A stretch of DNA of 63,217 nucleotides, the filler included, from Kipferlia bialata (lineage: Eukaryota): NCBI GenBank assembly GCA_003568945.1. It is 5 parts of 4 records of this genome, joined end to end, with 100 filler letters (N's around TTAATTAATTAA, not from the genome) between each part and the next. Parts side by side here need not be neighbours in the genome. Positions count along the whole stretch, not along the records: positions 16,538 to 33,039 come from BDIP01000598.1; positions 33,140 to 49,640 come from BDIP01000599.1; 3 more parts are not named here. One strand, given 5' to 3'. Numbering within the stretch: position 1 is the stretch's first letter; the number at the start of each line of letters is the position of its first letter. This document shows, in pieces, positions 26,150 to 37,862 of the stretch. Below the pieces are notes generated by a model. The model did not search any database. It saw only the letters and a list, made by a program, of their open reading frames with translations, and was not told where the DNA came from. Both the position numbers and the translations under genes were made by a program.

Positions 26150-27504
26150 GTATTGGATGTATATAGATATATATAGATAGCAGGTAAGGTATGTGTATGG
26201 TCCATAGTATAAGTGTCAAGTATGTAATTTCACACTCCCCCTGACCCCATTCTTAGGTCTCTGGATCTATATACCTATGTATTTGTATATCAATCTATTC
26301 ATATATGTCTCCCCCCCCCCCCTCTCACCCCATATCTGGGTGTGTCTGGTCTGTTCCCACAGGCACAGGGCATGTTCAGCGTCGCCATGTGGCTGTATGC
26401 AATAGGTACATACACTGTGTGTTGTATGCATATATATTTGAATATTGTACCCTCGTTCAGATGGGTGTTAGATTTGTGTGCCAGCGTCGGTGTGTTGCCC
26501 CTTTCATGTCTCTTTATAGTTAGTGTCTGTAGTTCTCTCTAGTACCTATACTCATACAAGTGAAGGGATCTGTAATATAACGATATGTATATACATGTTC
26601 ATTATCTCGTTCTTACTCAGGCTTGGCCCCCTATTGCAAGGAGGTGTCCTACCTGTATAGAAACACTGGCTCTAAGAGGTATGGAGAGTGGGGGGAGACA
26701 CTCGTGCATATCATACCATACTGATACCCACGAAGCATCTTTCTGTGTCTCACCGTCTCCTTGTTTCACTATGTATACTGTAGGTACTCTTCCGTCTCCA
26801 GCATATCCCCTAGGATCCTCACCCCCCTAGGTTCCTGACATACCTGCGGTGTCTGTCTGTGGTATGGCCCTGTGTCACGGTGTGTCTCATAGGGGTGGGG
26901 GCAGTGCCAGGGGCTGACAGGTCGGGTGGCATGTGTACATATATATACATATATTAGTATATATATATATATATATATATATAGGTTTCTATGCATATGT
27001 TGGGCCAGTGCCAGGGGCAGACAGGTGGAGTGGTCGTTCAGTGTATGGATACTAGTGTCTTTTCATATACATGTATGACTGTATACTCATACCCAGGTGG
27101 ATCTCTGTTGGTGACTTGCAGTTCAACATGGTCCACATACACTACATAGGTATGCATGTACACATGTATATACCAAAAGAGTTTACTCATATGTTCATGG
27201 ATATATTCTATTCACTACATGTCCCATTGTCTGCTGGTACCACTCTCTTTGTATATTGAGTCTATGTGTTATATACTATGCTTATACATACCTGCATACC
27301 CACCCCCAGGTGCCTCCATGGCCTTCTTTCTGTCTCTCTCTATGTATATGGTTAAGTGAATTGAAATACATTACATTCACTACATCCCACAGGTGCCTCC
27401 ATTGCCTTCTTTCCGTATTAATCGCTCTCTCTCTCTCTCTTTATATATATATATATATACTACATACACCTCCCCTCCTAGGTGCCTCCATTGCCTTCTT
27501 CCTG

Positions 27505-27554
<50 letters not shown>

Positions 27555-27601
27555 CACTACATACACCCACCCTCCTAGGTGCCTCCATTGCCTTCTTCCT
27601 G

Positions 27602-27634
<33 letters not shown>

Positions 27635-28612
27635 ATACATATATATATACATTGATACCCACCCTCCCAGGTGCCTCCATTGCCTTCTTCCTCCTGGGCG
27701 TCATGTGTTACACAGTGCTGGGGGGTGCCACCAGGGGGTGCCACACACTACTAGGTGTGTACATTGGATATGTGGATGTAGTCTCTTCCTGTACCATATA
27801 TATGCATGTATACGTACCTCTCTCACCCTTCTGACTGTTCTGACCCTCAGTCAAGCTGGGCCTGCCTGTGTTTGTGGATGAGGACAGATACTCACCAGGT
27901 ACAGACAGGTCTCACTTGATATTCCCATGTGTCTATCACAGTGAATTGTGTCTACGCCACAGATGTACACACCAACCCCCAGGTGTGCAGCAGGAAGACG
28001 ATGCCCACCGTGCGAGGGAGAGGGAGAGAGAGATTGAGAGGGAGAGACCCCAGCGACCCCATGCTCTCTCTCTTTCCCTGTCTCTCGTTAATGAGGGCCC
28101 CAGACCCCTAGACCCTTTGTGTGAGGGTATAGGTTGTAAGGGTGCAGGGACAGCTAGGCAGAGGCCTGTCGAGTCCAGCCCTATGCCTACACCCTTTATG
28201 CACCCGCATCCCAACACACCCACAGGTACAGTGACAGTGAGGATAAGTACTGAGGGTGTTCACACTTGTGCCACTATATTGTTTCATTGTGTTTCATTTC
28301 CTGAACTACGATCACATTTACACCAACTGATCCTTAGGCTCTGATGGTGTGTGGGGTAGAGAGAGAGAGCAGAGAGAGAGGGCACTTATGACCCTAGGTG
28401 AGACCCGAGTATGATGTATGTACATAAGTATATATGTGCATGTATCCATAGTCAGTATTGGTTGACATCTGCGTGTATCCTGATACCACAAGGCTGGGAA
28501 AGGATAGTAAATCGTATACTGACATCACATTGACCTAGTATTCAGGGAATACTATACTACAATACTATATACCATCTCTCTCTTCTGACCCTCTAGGCTA
28601 TGCTACACCGTG

Positions 28613-28652
<40 letters not shown>

Positions 28653-30274
28653 CATGTATACACACACCCCCTCACCCTAGGGCATGGCAGACAGGCCAGG
28701 GGTCATGCATGGGGGGTGCCCCTGGTGGAGAGGTATGGATATAGAGATATAGATATGGTTGATATGTATATAGAGATATGTATATAGAGATATAGACATG
28801 ATATGTATATATATGATATATATGTGTGGTGCCCCTGGTGGAGAGGTCGGAGTATGTCTAGATAGGATATATATGTGTGTATACATGATATGTGGTGTAT
28901 ATGTGGATACATGGTCACTGATACTAGGATTCTCAAGCTGAGACACAGGGAGAGCAGGAGAGAGAGTGGGGGAGAGAATGGCGGAGGAGGGGTGGCGATG
29001 GTTGTGAAGCAGCGTGGTGTGATAGAAGGGGAGGAGGTAACAGAGGGGGAGAGAGAGGATGAGTGTGTGGTTGGCAGGAAGAGACAGCTTGGGATGGTAG
29101 GGCCTTCTCAGGAGGCAGAGAGAGAGAGAGACGGGTGGGAGAGTGCCCCTGAGACTGGGTCTAAGACTGATCCTGACCCTGACCCTGTGCTGCCTGTGGT
29201 CCATGTCAAGGAGAGGGTGCTGGCCAGTGACACGGTGCACTATCTGCAGAGGAGACTGCTGCTGGACAGGTACATGCAGTGTGTACATGTAACTGTATAT
29301 TCCACCGTACAAATATATGTTGACTGATACCGCATGCCTCTGCCTGTGTCCTATCTAATATATATATATACATATATCCGATCTAACCCCAGGCTGATCT
29401 GCGGTGTTGTGCTCTCAGGGTGCTGGGCATACACACTCTACACCACCTGGCACATACTGTTCAGTTGAGTACATATTGTATATATATATATTGAATATTC
29501 TCTCTGGACACTGTTTTACAAATCCGTATGGTCCTATTCCTCTGTGTGGATATTGCCCTCATTTGTATAAATCTTACTCCAGGCCAGATGGTCTTCCCCC
29601 TCACCTCTGGCCCCGTTGCATTCAGAAACACAACATGGCTCAACAACACACGGTATGGGTGGATGCGTTTATGTATACTTACTGTATTAGGTATGTATAT
29701 ACGTTTATGATGCTATTGTGTGATATGTAGTATAGTCCAAGTGGCTCAACACGGTATTGGTATAGGATTTGGATAATGTATGCTAACTCTGGGCTATTCA
29801 CATCTGAATATTGCATCACATACCACATGGTGTATACCATACTAGAAGGAGGTGAATACGTATTTCTACACCTATTCATACCTTGAGTGTCCCCTACATC
29901 TTGTATGAGTAACACTCAGCTGAAGTATGTCTCACAATGTATTTGTGTATGTATCCCTCACCCAGTCTCTGCTTTCCCCTACTACATGAGTGACACTCTA
30001 CATATATATATATATGTATATGTGTGTATGTGTATCTCCATACTCACCCTCCAGCCTCTCCTGGCCCCTGCATGAGTGGCAGCTGCTCTGGATGGTAGTA
30101 CTGGACCATATAGTCGGGCTCTACTTTGCAAATGCCCTAAACAATAGGTATGCGGTTTATGTATTTGGTTGGGCGTGAAAGAGAGTGTATGCAAGTGCTC
30201 ACAACTGTGTCTCACCCCTCAGGAGTGTTGTGCTGCAGGGCTATAAGGACCAGACGCTGGACACAAGACACTAG
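25247..30274 (+). CDS. Frag1/DRAM/Sfk1-like multipass membrane protein with a long hydrophilic insert
   Basis: Spliced: FENHRFWYHIFYPVGMSASTLCILAAR...VTVCLIGVGAVP...VHIHYI|GASIAFFLLGVMCY...LICGVVLSGCWAY...LHEWQLLWMVVLDHIVGLYF. The H..GA..FF..G..Y and late EW motifs fit the family. Confidence 0.55.
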
Positions 30275-30672
30275 ATCTCAACAGACACTGTTACTAGTAT
30301 CAGATAGAATAGATTGTCCTCCTCTACATTCCAATGTGGCCAGAGATACGGGCAGTCTATCATGTAACACACAACTTGGCGTATATTTTAATACTCGCTC
30401 TGGCAAGCCAAACTAGTGGCCGTTCGCTGAACGTTACAGATGGACGCAAAAACGAAAAGGGTGTAGACACTACGGTACCTGATACCAAATTGTGTCTCCA
30501 GCCAAGTCCCTGCCAGAGAGAGAGGGAGAGATACCTACTGCCGAGGCGTCAGCCAAGGTCAAGGTCAGCCTAGGTCAAGGTGTAGTGCAGTGCCCAGGTC
30601 CCTGCTCAGCTCGTAGCAACGGTCAGAGAGAGGGAGAGAGAGAGAAGGATAGAGGGAGAGAGAGTACCCGCG

Positions 30673-31544
30673 ATGGATGGGGAGGCGCCTCGCCTGGGGG
30701 TAGAGAGGGGGGGAGAGGGAGAGATGGGAGAGGGAGGGACTGAGGATGAACAGTTCACACTGGCAGAGTGTGTGACACGGTGTAGGTGTGTATCTGAGTG
30801 TACTAGCACTTGTATATGTTTACCCATGTATCTCTCTTTAGCTGATGTCGTCTTTGTCCCATAGATACATGTGTCAAGGTGTATGTCTCTCCCCCTTTCC
30901 TTTATGACCAGTGCCGCCATCCATTCCTAAGCTTGGCCCTGGCAATACTCTTGTCAACCCCTCATACTGATACCATGTCTCTGACCCCAGGTCTATCCTC
31001 AAGTCCAGACCTGCCGTGTCTAGTCGAATGTGCTACTCAGTAGGTATGTGTTGTGTGTATATAGATATATATGTGGTGGGTGTGTGTGTGTGTCTGGTAG
31101 GATTGTATATATTATGTATTATAGACTGTGGGACAGGTCTCTCTCTTATCTCTTTCCCATTATGTCTCTCACCCAGCCTCCCTAGTCTGTCTTTCACCTA
31201 TGTATAAAGAAATATAGTTTTGGATTTATATATATGTTGGTGCTGATACTGACACCCCCCTCTTCTCTCACCCCCAGCCTCCCTAGTGTGTGCCTCCCAC
31301 CTTGTGCATCACTGTGGCCTGGCCATAGCACCATCCACCATAGTGCACACCAGGGGTATGGTGTCTTCTTGATAGATATTCCGCTATCTCGCTGTATGTT
31401 CCCGAGGCCACTGGTCTCCAGATATATATAATGTAGTTCACATACTATTCACTTTATAGATACATAACCTCTCACCCCTCAGGCCACTGGTCTCTGCTTG
31501 AGTCCGAGGTGGTGGTGGCAGAGGCATGGGTCGAGGAAGGTATA

Positions 31545-31581
<37 letters not shown>

Positions 31582-32047
31582 GTATATACATGTAGTGCTG
31601 AGGTGGTGGTGGCAGAGGCATGGGTCGATGAAGGTATATCTATATATATATATGTGTGTATGTGTGTATATATCATGGATGGAAGGTGTGCATGGAGTGT
31701 AGGTATATGCATATATGCATATGGGTACCTGTGGCTGTGTGGCATGGGGGAAGGTATGGGTATGCATGTTGTGGGTTGATGGGTATATATATATGGGTAT
31801 ATATATATATATATTTGCATTTATAGTTCTCTATATACATGTAGTGTTGACCCCAGGTGCCAGTATGCTAAGGGAACAGGAGATATTCTCTGCACCCGAA
31901 CTGCTAGAGAGTGACACGCAGAGTGAGGTGGGTATGGAGTACATGTGTATGTATATATTAATGTATCGTCTCACCCTTAGGTCTCCACTCCAGTCTCCAT
32001 GCACAAGGCAGATGTGTGTATATATGCATATGTATATATATTTATTA

Positions 32048-32082
<35 letters not shown>

Positions 32083-33010
32083 CACCCTTAGGTCTCCATG
32101 GCCAAGGCAGATGTGTTCTCACTGGGGGCAGTCCTGTATTACATAGCAACAGGTACATAGTGGGTGTATGCCTGGTACTGATACTGATACTGTATGCCAA
32201 GTATATACTACATAGCAACAGGTGCATAGTGGGTGTATGCTAAGTATATGCTACATAACACTAGGTGCTGGGATATATAGTAATGTATACATATTGTGTG
32301 AATACTACATATAAACAGGTGCAGAGAAATTATGGAGTGTGTATACCAAGTATATGTATATAGTGTATATATACACGACATACGTACATTCCATATATTC
32401 TCTCCCTTCACCAGGCGGCTTGAGTATCAGCGATGACGTGAATGGTGTGTATTACATATCATTTCGATTTTTTATAATATACATCATTGTATACTATTAC
32501 TATATAGTGTAAACATTTCATATTCTGTATTCTACCCCCGGGCGGCATGAGCATCCACGATGGTGTCTATAGTCTCTATTACTACTGTATATACTATACA
32601 CTATTTTATACTGTTGTTATATGTTGAATATATTCTATATTGCATATATCCGACCCCCAGGCGGCATGAGCATCCATGATCTGGAGGGGGTAGGGTCCAC
32701 GGCTGTGGATAGCAGAGAGGGGGCAGAGAGAGAGAGAGAGAGACGGGGAGGGAGCAGGTCCCTCTATGTCCATACCAGGTGTGTGTGTATATGTGTATTT
32801 CTACATAGTATGTATGTGTATATGGTGTCCATATCCCAGGGGTGTCTGTGTCTCTGACTCTGTTGGGTATGTATGTAGAGACCATATACCATACACCTGT
32901 GTCTCCTTTGATTCTGACCTCTCTCATCCTCAGAGATGGTGATGCATTATTGTATATGTATATTGTACTCTCACCCTCAAGGGGTGCCGAGCTGGAGGAT
33001 GCCATTATCA
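30673..33010 (+). CDS. Kinase C-lobe-only (KIND-like) pseudokinase, 3'-partial
   Basis: Spliced: MDGE...QFTLAECVTR|...HLVHHCGLAIAPSTIVHTR|GHWSLL...|EIFSAPELL...|AKADVFSLGAVLYYIATG. No N-lobe, HRD or DFG. Confidence 0.6.
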
Positions 33011-33039
33011 GTATGTATATATATATATATAATGAGTAT

Positions 33040-33139
33040 NNNNNNNNNNNNNNNNNNNNNNNNNNNNNNNNNNNNNNNNNNNNTTAATTAATTAANNNNN
33101 NNNNNNNNNNNNNNNNNNNNNNNNNNNNNNNNNNNNNNN
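33040..33139. other. Artificial contig linker
   Basis: N44-TTAATTAATTAA-N44. Confidence 0.98.
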
Positions 33140-33600
33140 GCACAAGGGCCAGGCGCTTGTTGACAGTGTTGAGCCTAGGGATGAGACAGATAAGGGGGAT
33201 AAACATAAAGATATATCTGAGATATATACTATCGAAAGAGAGAGAGGATGGGGGGGGGGACAGAGAGGGAGAATACACTTGTACGTAAGAGCATGTATGT
33301 GCATGGAGCGCACCTGTCCTGGAGGTGGAGCCTCTCAGATGTATACAGGGCATGTGATACAATAATACACTATACGTAGTACTCCATTTTGAATCCCTTC
33401 CCATCCTAAGAAGAAAGGATGTGACAGGGACTTCGGCCCTACCATCATGACTATCCCCCAAGCCACAATGTTGAGAATATGTGTCCCGCTTGTACATTTG
33501 GCTTGTGCATATTCCAACGTGTGTCCAAAATATATGCATTCACCACAGTTCCGTCACATATTTATAACAAAACACTAACAATACGAACCAACACAAATAT

Positions 33601-36600
33601 TTACATAGTATCAACGCCAAGGCCGAACATTGCAAAGAATTCGTGCTGCATCATGGTCTTGAGACCAGGTCTGGTCTTGGGGTTGAAGGTGAGACACCTC
33701 TTGATGAAGTCCACTGTAACTGCATCAGCAGCTGGGAGCATAGATGATACTACATCTGCACTGTCGAGTCTGTGGGTGGCTGAGGCGACCACACCAGGCT
33801 CCTCCTTAGCGACACCCTCCCCTTCCTGGGTAGTATCAGTAGGAGGGGTGGCAACTGCCTCCGACTTGCTCTCCGACTCTCCCACCTCACCCGTCTCACC
33901 ACTTGTGGGGCTGTCCACAAGGGATGTGGGCTCCAGGCAAGCCTGCAGCACTCCAAGACCATAGGAGGGGACGTTCCCAGAGTGAGCGGCACTTGTGACC
34001 GATGCTCCGGTGAGGTACCTGCCTGTGTCTGAGGCCAGCATCACCATCTGCTGGCAGCTGGAGACGGCTCTGTCCACAAGGACGTTGAAGTCAGAGAGAT
34101 ACTCGGCATCGGGCACCTCGTGGGGGGAGATCAGCTTGTCTGACCTGCAAGGCACCTTCTCACCCTCACTCCTAGCTACTGGCAGCAGCATCTTAAGAGC
34201 CAGGACACCCAGACTCCACACATCAGAGCGCATACTGATGCCACCGCACAACACCTGTATTAGTATGAAGATCGGTATCTGGATCAGTGGCAAATCAATA
34301 CCGGTTATGTTATTATACTGTATACACTCAGCATGCTAACTACCTCAGGTGACGCCCACACCGTGCCCAGCTCTGTGGTCTCGTTGAGGTCCAGGGCCCT
34401 CATGGCCCCGAGGTGGAACAGCACGGCATCGCCAAGTGTCTCCTTCCCCTCCCCTGCCTCTCCCGTGCTGGACTGGGGGGACACCAGTATCTGGCTGGGC
34501 CTCAGGTCCCGGTGCACCAGCCTGCCGTAGCTGGTCAGCTTGAGCAGGGTCTGGGCAATGCCGTACAGGAACCTGGCGGTCTCCTTAACAGAGTACTGCC
34601 TGGCGGCAGGCCCTGACAGCACATCCAAGAGCGACACCGCCGGGGCCTCCTTGAAGGCCAGGAAGAATGTGGAGGCCTCTCTCATGGCCGTGCCCTCCCC
34701 CACCACCTCGAGCAGACCGGGGTCACTGAAGGACCGGATAGGGGCCTTTGGGTTGTTGTACACAGGGTACTTGGGGGGGATCTGTCTCACGCAAACTGTT
34801 GTGTCGGTCTCGACATCATATGCAGAGAGCAGCCCACAGGGGAGGGGCTTGGGGTTGAGCTGCCCTGCTTCTGGAGTGAGGAGAGTAGGAGAGAGATTCA
34901 TGAATCACAGACGAACACAATGTCAAACAGATCAAAACACAACACCCTCACCTGTGAACCTGGGCAGCACCACGTATCTCTCTCCAATCACAAAGTAGGG
35001 CATCAGCTTCAGGTAGCTGAGGCGCAGACTGGTGGCCACGCCCCCCACCTCCCTCTTCGCCTTGGCCCTGTACACCTCCAGCGCAGTGGCGGCCTTGGCA
35101 GCACTGTTGATGCGTCTGGCGGGCAGCGCAGACTCCGAGTACTCCGCCTGCTCCCTCCTGTGCTGTTCCCTCAGGGCCTCGAGCTCTCTGGCGTGGGTCT
35201 CGGCCAGGGACTCCTTCTCTGCGGCGTGTCTGTGGCGCAGGGTGTCCACTCCAAACACACCCTCTCCCTCTCCCTCTCCAGCGGCAGATGACGGAATCAG
35301 CTCCTGGAGCAGGGCGTTCAGCTCTGAGAGACGTGCTGCTGCAGTCTCAGTGTGATCCACAATCAGCCCCTTCATCTCGTCTCTGTACTGGTTGAGCGTC
35401 TCTGCCCCCGACTCCCCCTGTGTCACCTGGTATCAGCATCAGCATCAGCATCATATATCATATATCATCAGCATCATATATCCTATATCATCACCTTGTA
35501 GTGGGTGAGCAGGGCCCGCCCCCTCTGGTTGGCGTCTGCTATCACCGCCTTCTGCATGTCGTCCTGCCCCGCCTTGTCAGACCCCTGGGCAGCGCTGAAC
35601 AGGTCTGCTACCATCGCATCCACTTCACTGTCCGGCACGGACTCCAGTGCCGCCAGCTCCGAGTTGAACCGCTGGATGCCGGCCCTGTCCCAGGCTAGGG
35701 CGGGGGTGGCACCGACCTGCAGAGCAGCGCCCTGGGTCCCATCGAGCAGGGCGTCGAGGCTGGCGGTGACCAAGGTACGGAGGCCGGCGGAGATGAGGGA
35801 GGAGGAGGTCTGGGAGGAACTGGAAGGGGGGATCAGAACGGACACAGGGCCGGCGACAACCTGGAGCGTCAGCAACAACCAGCACACACCATACATACAT
35901 ATATATATAGAGAGAGAGAGTGCGTGGTATAGAACCTTAGGGAATGACGACTCCCACCCTTGTCGCTTACAACAACTCTCATATCATGGCAGTGTACACA
36001 TCTCCATATCCATGGCCCCCATACCTTGACAGGTGCACATGCCGAGAACAGGGTGCCCAGGGCGAAGGAGGAGTTGTAGGCCACCTGGAATGCCTGGACG
36101 TATCCAGTATCACTCCCTGTGAACAGAACACTCTCCCCAGCCTCTGCCTCCCCTACAGGCCTTGATGTGTGCACACACAGACGCACCACGCCAGACTCCT
36201 CCTTGTGCATCACTGGCGTCAGATGCTGATATGATACACTCCTAACAACTAGTATCACTGTATGCATAGGTCTAAGGGCAATGTCCAACCCCTCCTATAC
36301 TGGGTATATGCCTGTACCTGGGAATGACACACTCGAGAGGATGTCCCATGCCACAATGCAGGTGGCACAGGCCCCAAACACTAGGCCCGTCACAGAATCA
36401 TAGCAGAGGGAAGTAAACGGAGAGGTGCTGTCGACAGAGAGAGACAGGTTGCGGCGGAAGTGTCCAGCGACGTCATACTCTGCGATGAGACTTAATAACA
36501 GATCGGACACAACACAAGACCAGCACCACTCCTGCGACAGACACGTCAAGTAATACACATCAGTACAAATATGTATGAATCTAAAACACACCTGCGACAG

Positions 36601-37345
36601 ACCCGTCAAGGTATGACACGACAATCAGCTCCCGGTTGGCCCTAGAACTACTCCCACAGGGCACATGCACCACAGAGCACACACCCGACCTGGTCTTTGG
36701 GACGCAGGTGCCTGTCTCCACACCCCCTGCCACGTCCCACACCCTGACACAGCCGTCAGATGAGCCTGGGGTGAGGGGGAGGGGGGAGGGGGGTAGAGTG
36801 GGGGCATCATGAGGAGAGAACGAACGCGGATATATGTATACGGGTGGAGGCCTGACTGCCACCATGCCCTGATACTGATACTGATACCTATGAGCATGCG
36901 GAAGGGTGTGTCGGCGTCATCACGGTCCGGAGTCACAGACCCCAGACACGTCACTGGGGACAGGGGGGGAGGGGGGGCCAGGGCGAGAATCTCACGTCCA
37001 TCTGCCGGGTTGAACACTCTGCTATAAATACGAGGACACAGGTCGTACCAGTACAGAGCCACATGGTACTGACTGACTCTAATGAACACCACTGAAAAAA
37101 ACAAAATGCCCACCTGGTGATTCCGTTGTCTTGCCCCACTGCAATAGATAGGCCATGAGTACCCGGGGCCTTGGGGGTAAGGGGACATCGGTCAGTTCCA
37201 ATCCCAAGCATACGAGTGACTATCAAACTATCCAACTATACTATCTGCTAACCTTGAGGATGAGGGCGTCTGAGACTGTGACACCGGTGGGTAGGGACAG
37301 GGGGAACGTAGAGCGACCCTTGTCCTTCTTGTTGCCCTGGCTCAT
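33601..37345 (-). CDS. WD40-repeat + helical/coiled-coil + kinase-like (probable pseudokinase) protein
   Basis: WD motifs GSSDGCVRVWDV, CIVAWDI and FTGSDTGYVQAF; coiled coil at 35030-35400; kinase motifs VHRDLRPSQIL, WASPE, SDVWSLG and FIKRCLTFNPKTRP. Confidence 0.75.
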
Positions 37346-37862
37346 GCCAAGAGGAATCCGCTCAATGGAGGCCTGAGATTAGAGATTAGAATGAAGATCA
37401 TGAGTCTGAGTGAATCAGTGTGAGAATCTGGACAACACTATGACACACAAGGACAACGCTCAGCATGAGCTATCCAGTGCCCCAAATAGTCATTGCGCCT
37501 TTGTCCATAATTCCCACTCATACATTCATCACTAACCTCTGACACGGCAAGGACCTCACCAATCTTCCCAAGTAGGAGGGCATCCAGAGACGTCCCCTCC
37601 GTGTAATGAGTGCGTACAGAACTCGGAGAAGACTCTACCCTCTTCCCCCTCCTGAGCGGGTTGATGTTGACCATCCTGTGCTGTGAAAGTGAAGGCACTG
37701 ATGTCAACAGTGTTGTCAGCCACAACTTAGCAAGATTTTTAGCCTTGTACTCATATTCTGTCGTTTTTAACAGTTAAACCGACAAAACACACAGCTAAGT
37801 ACCATTTGTGTGGGTGTGTCGTATCTCTCATTCACAACCTCTTCTCCTTCTTTGAATTCAGG

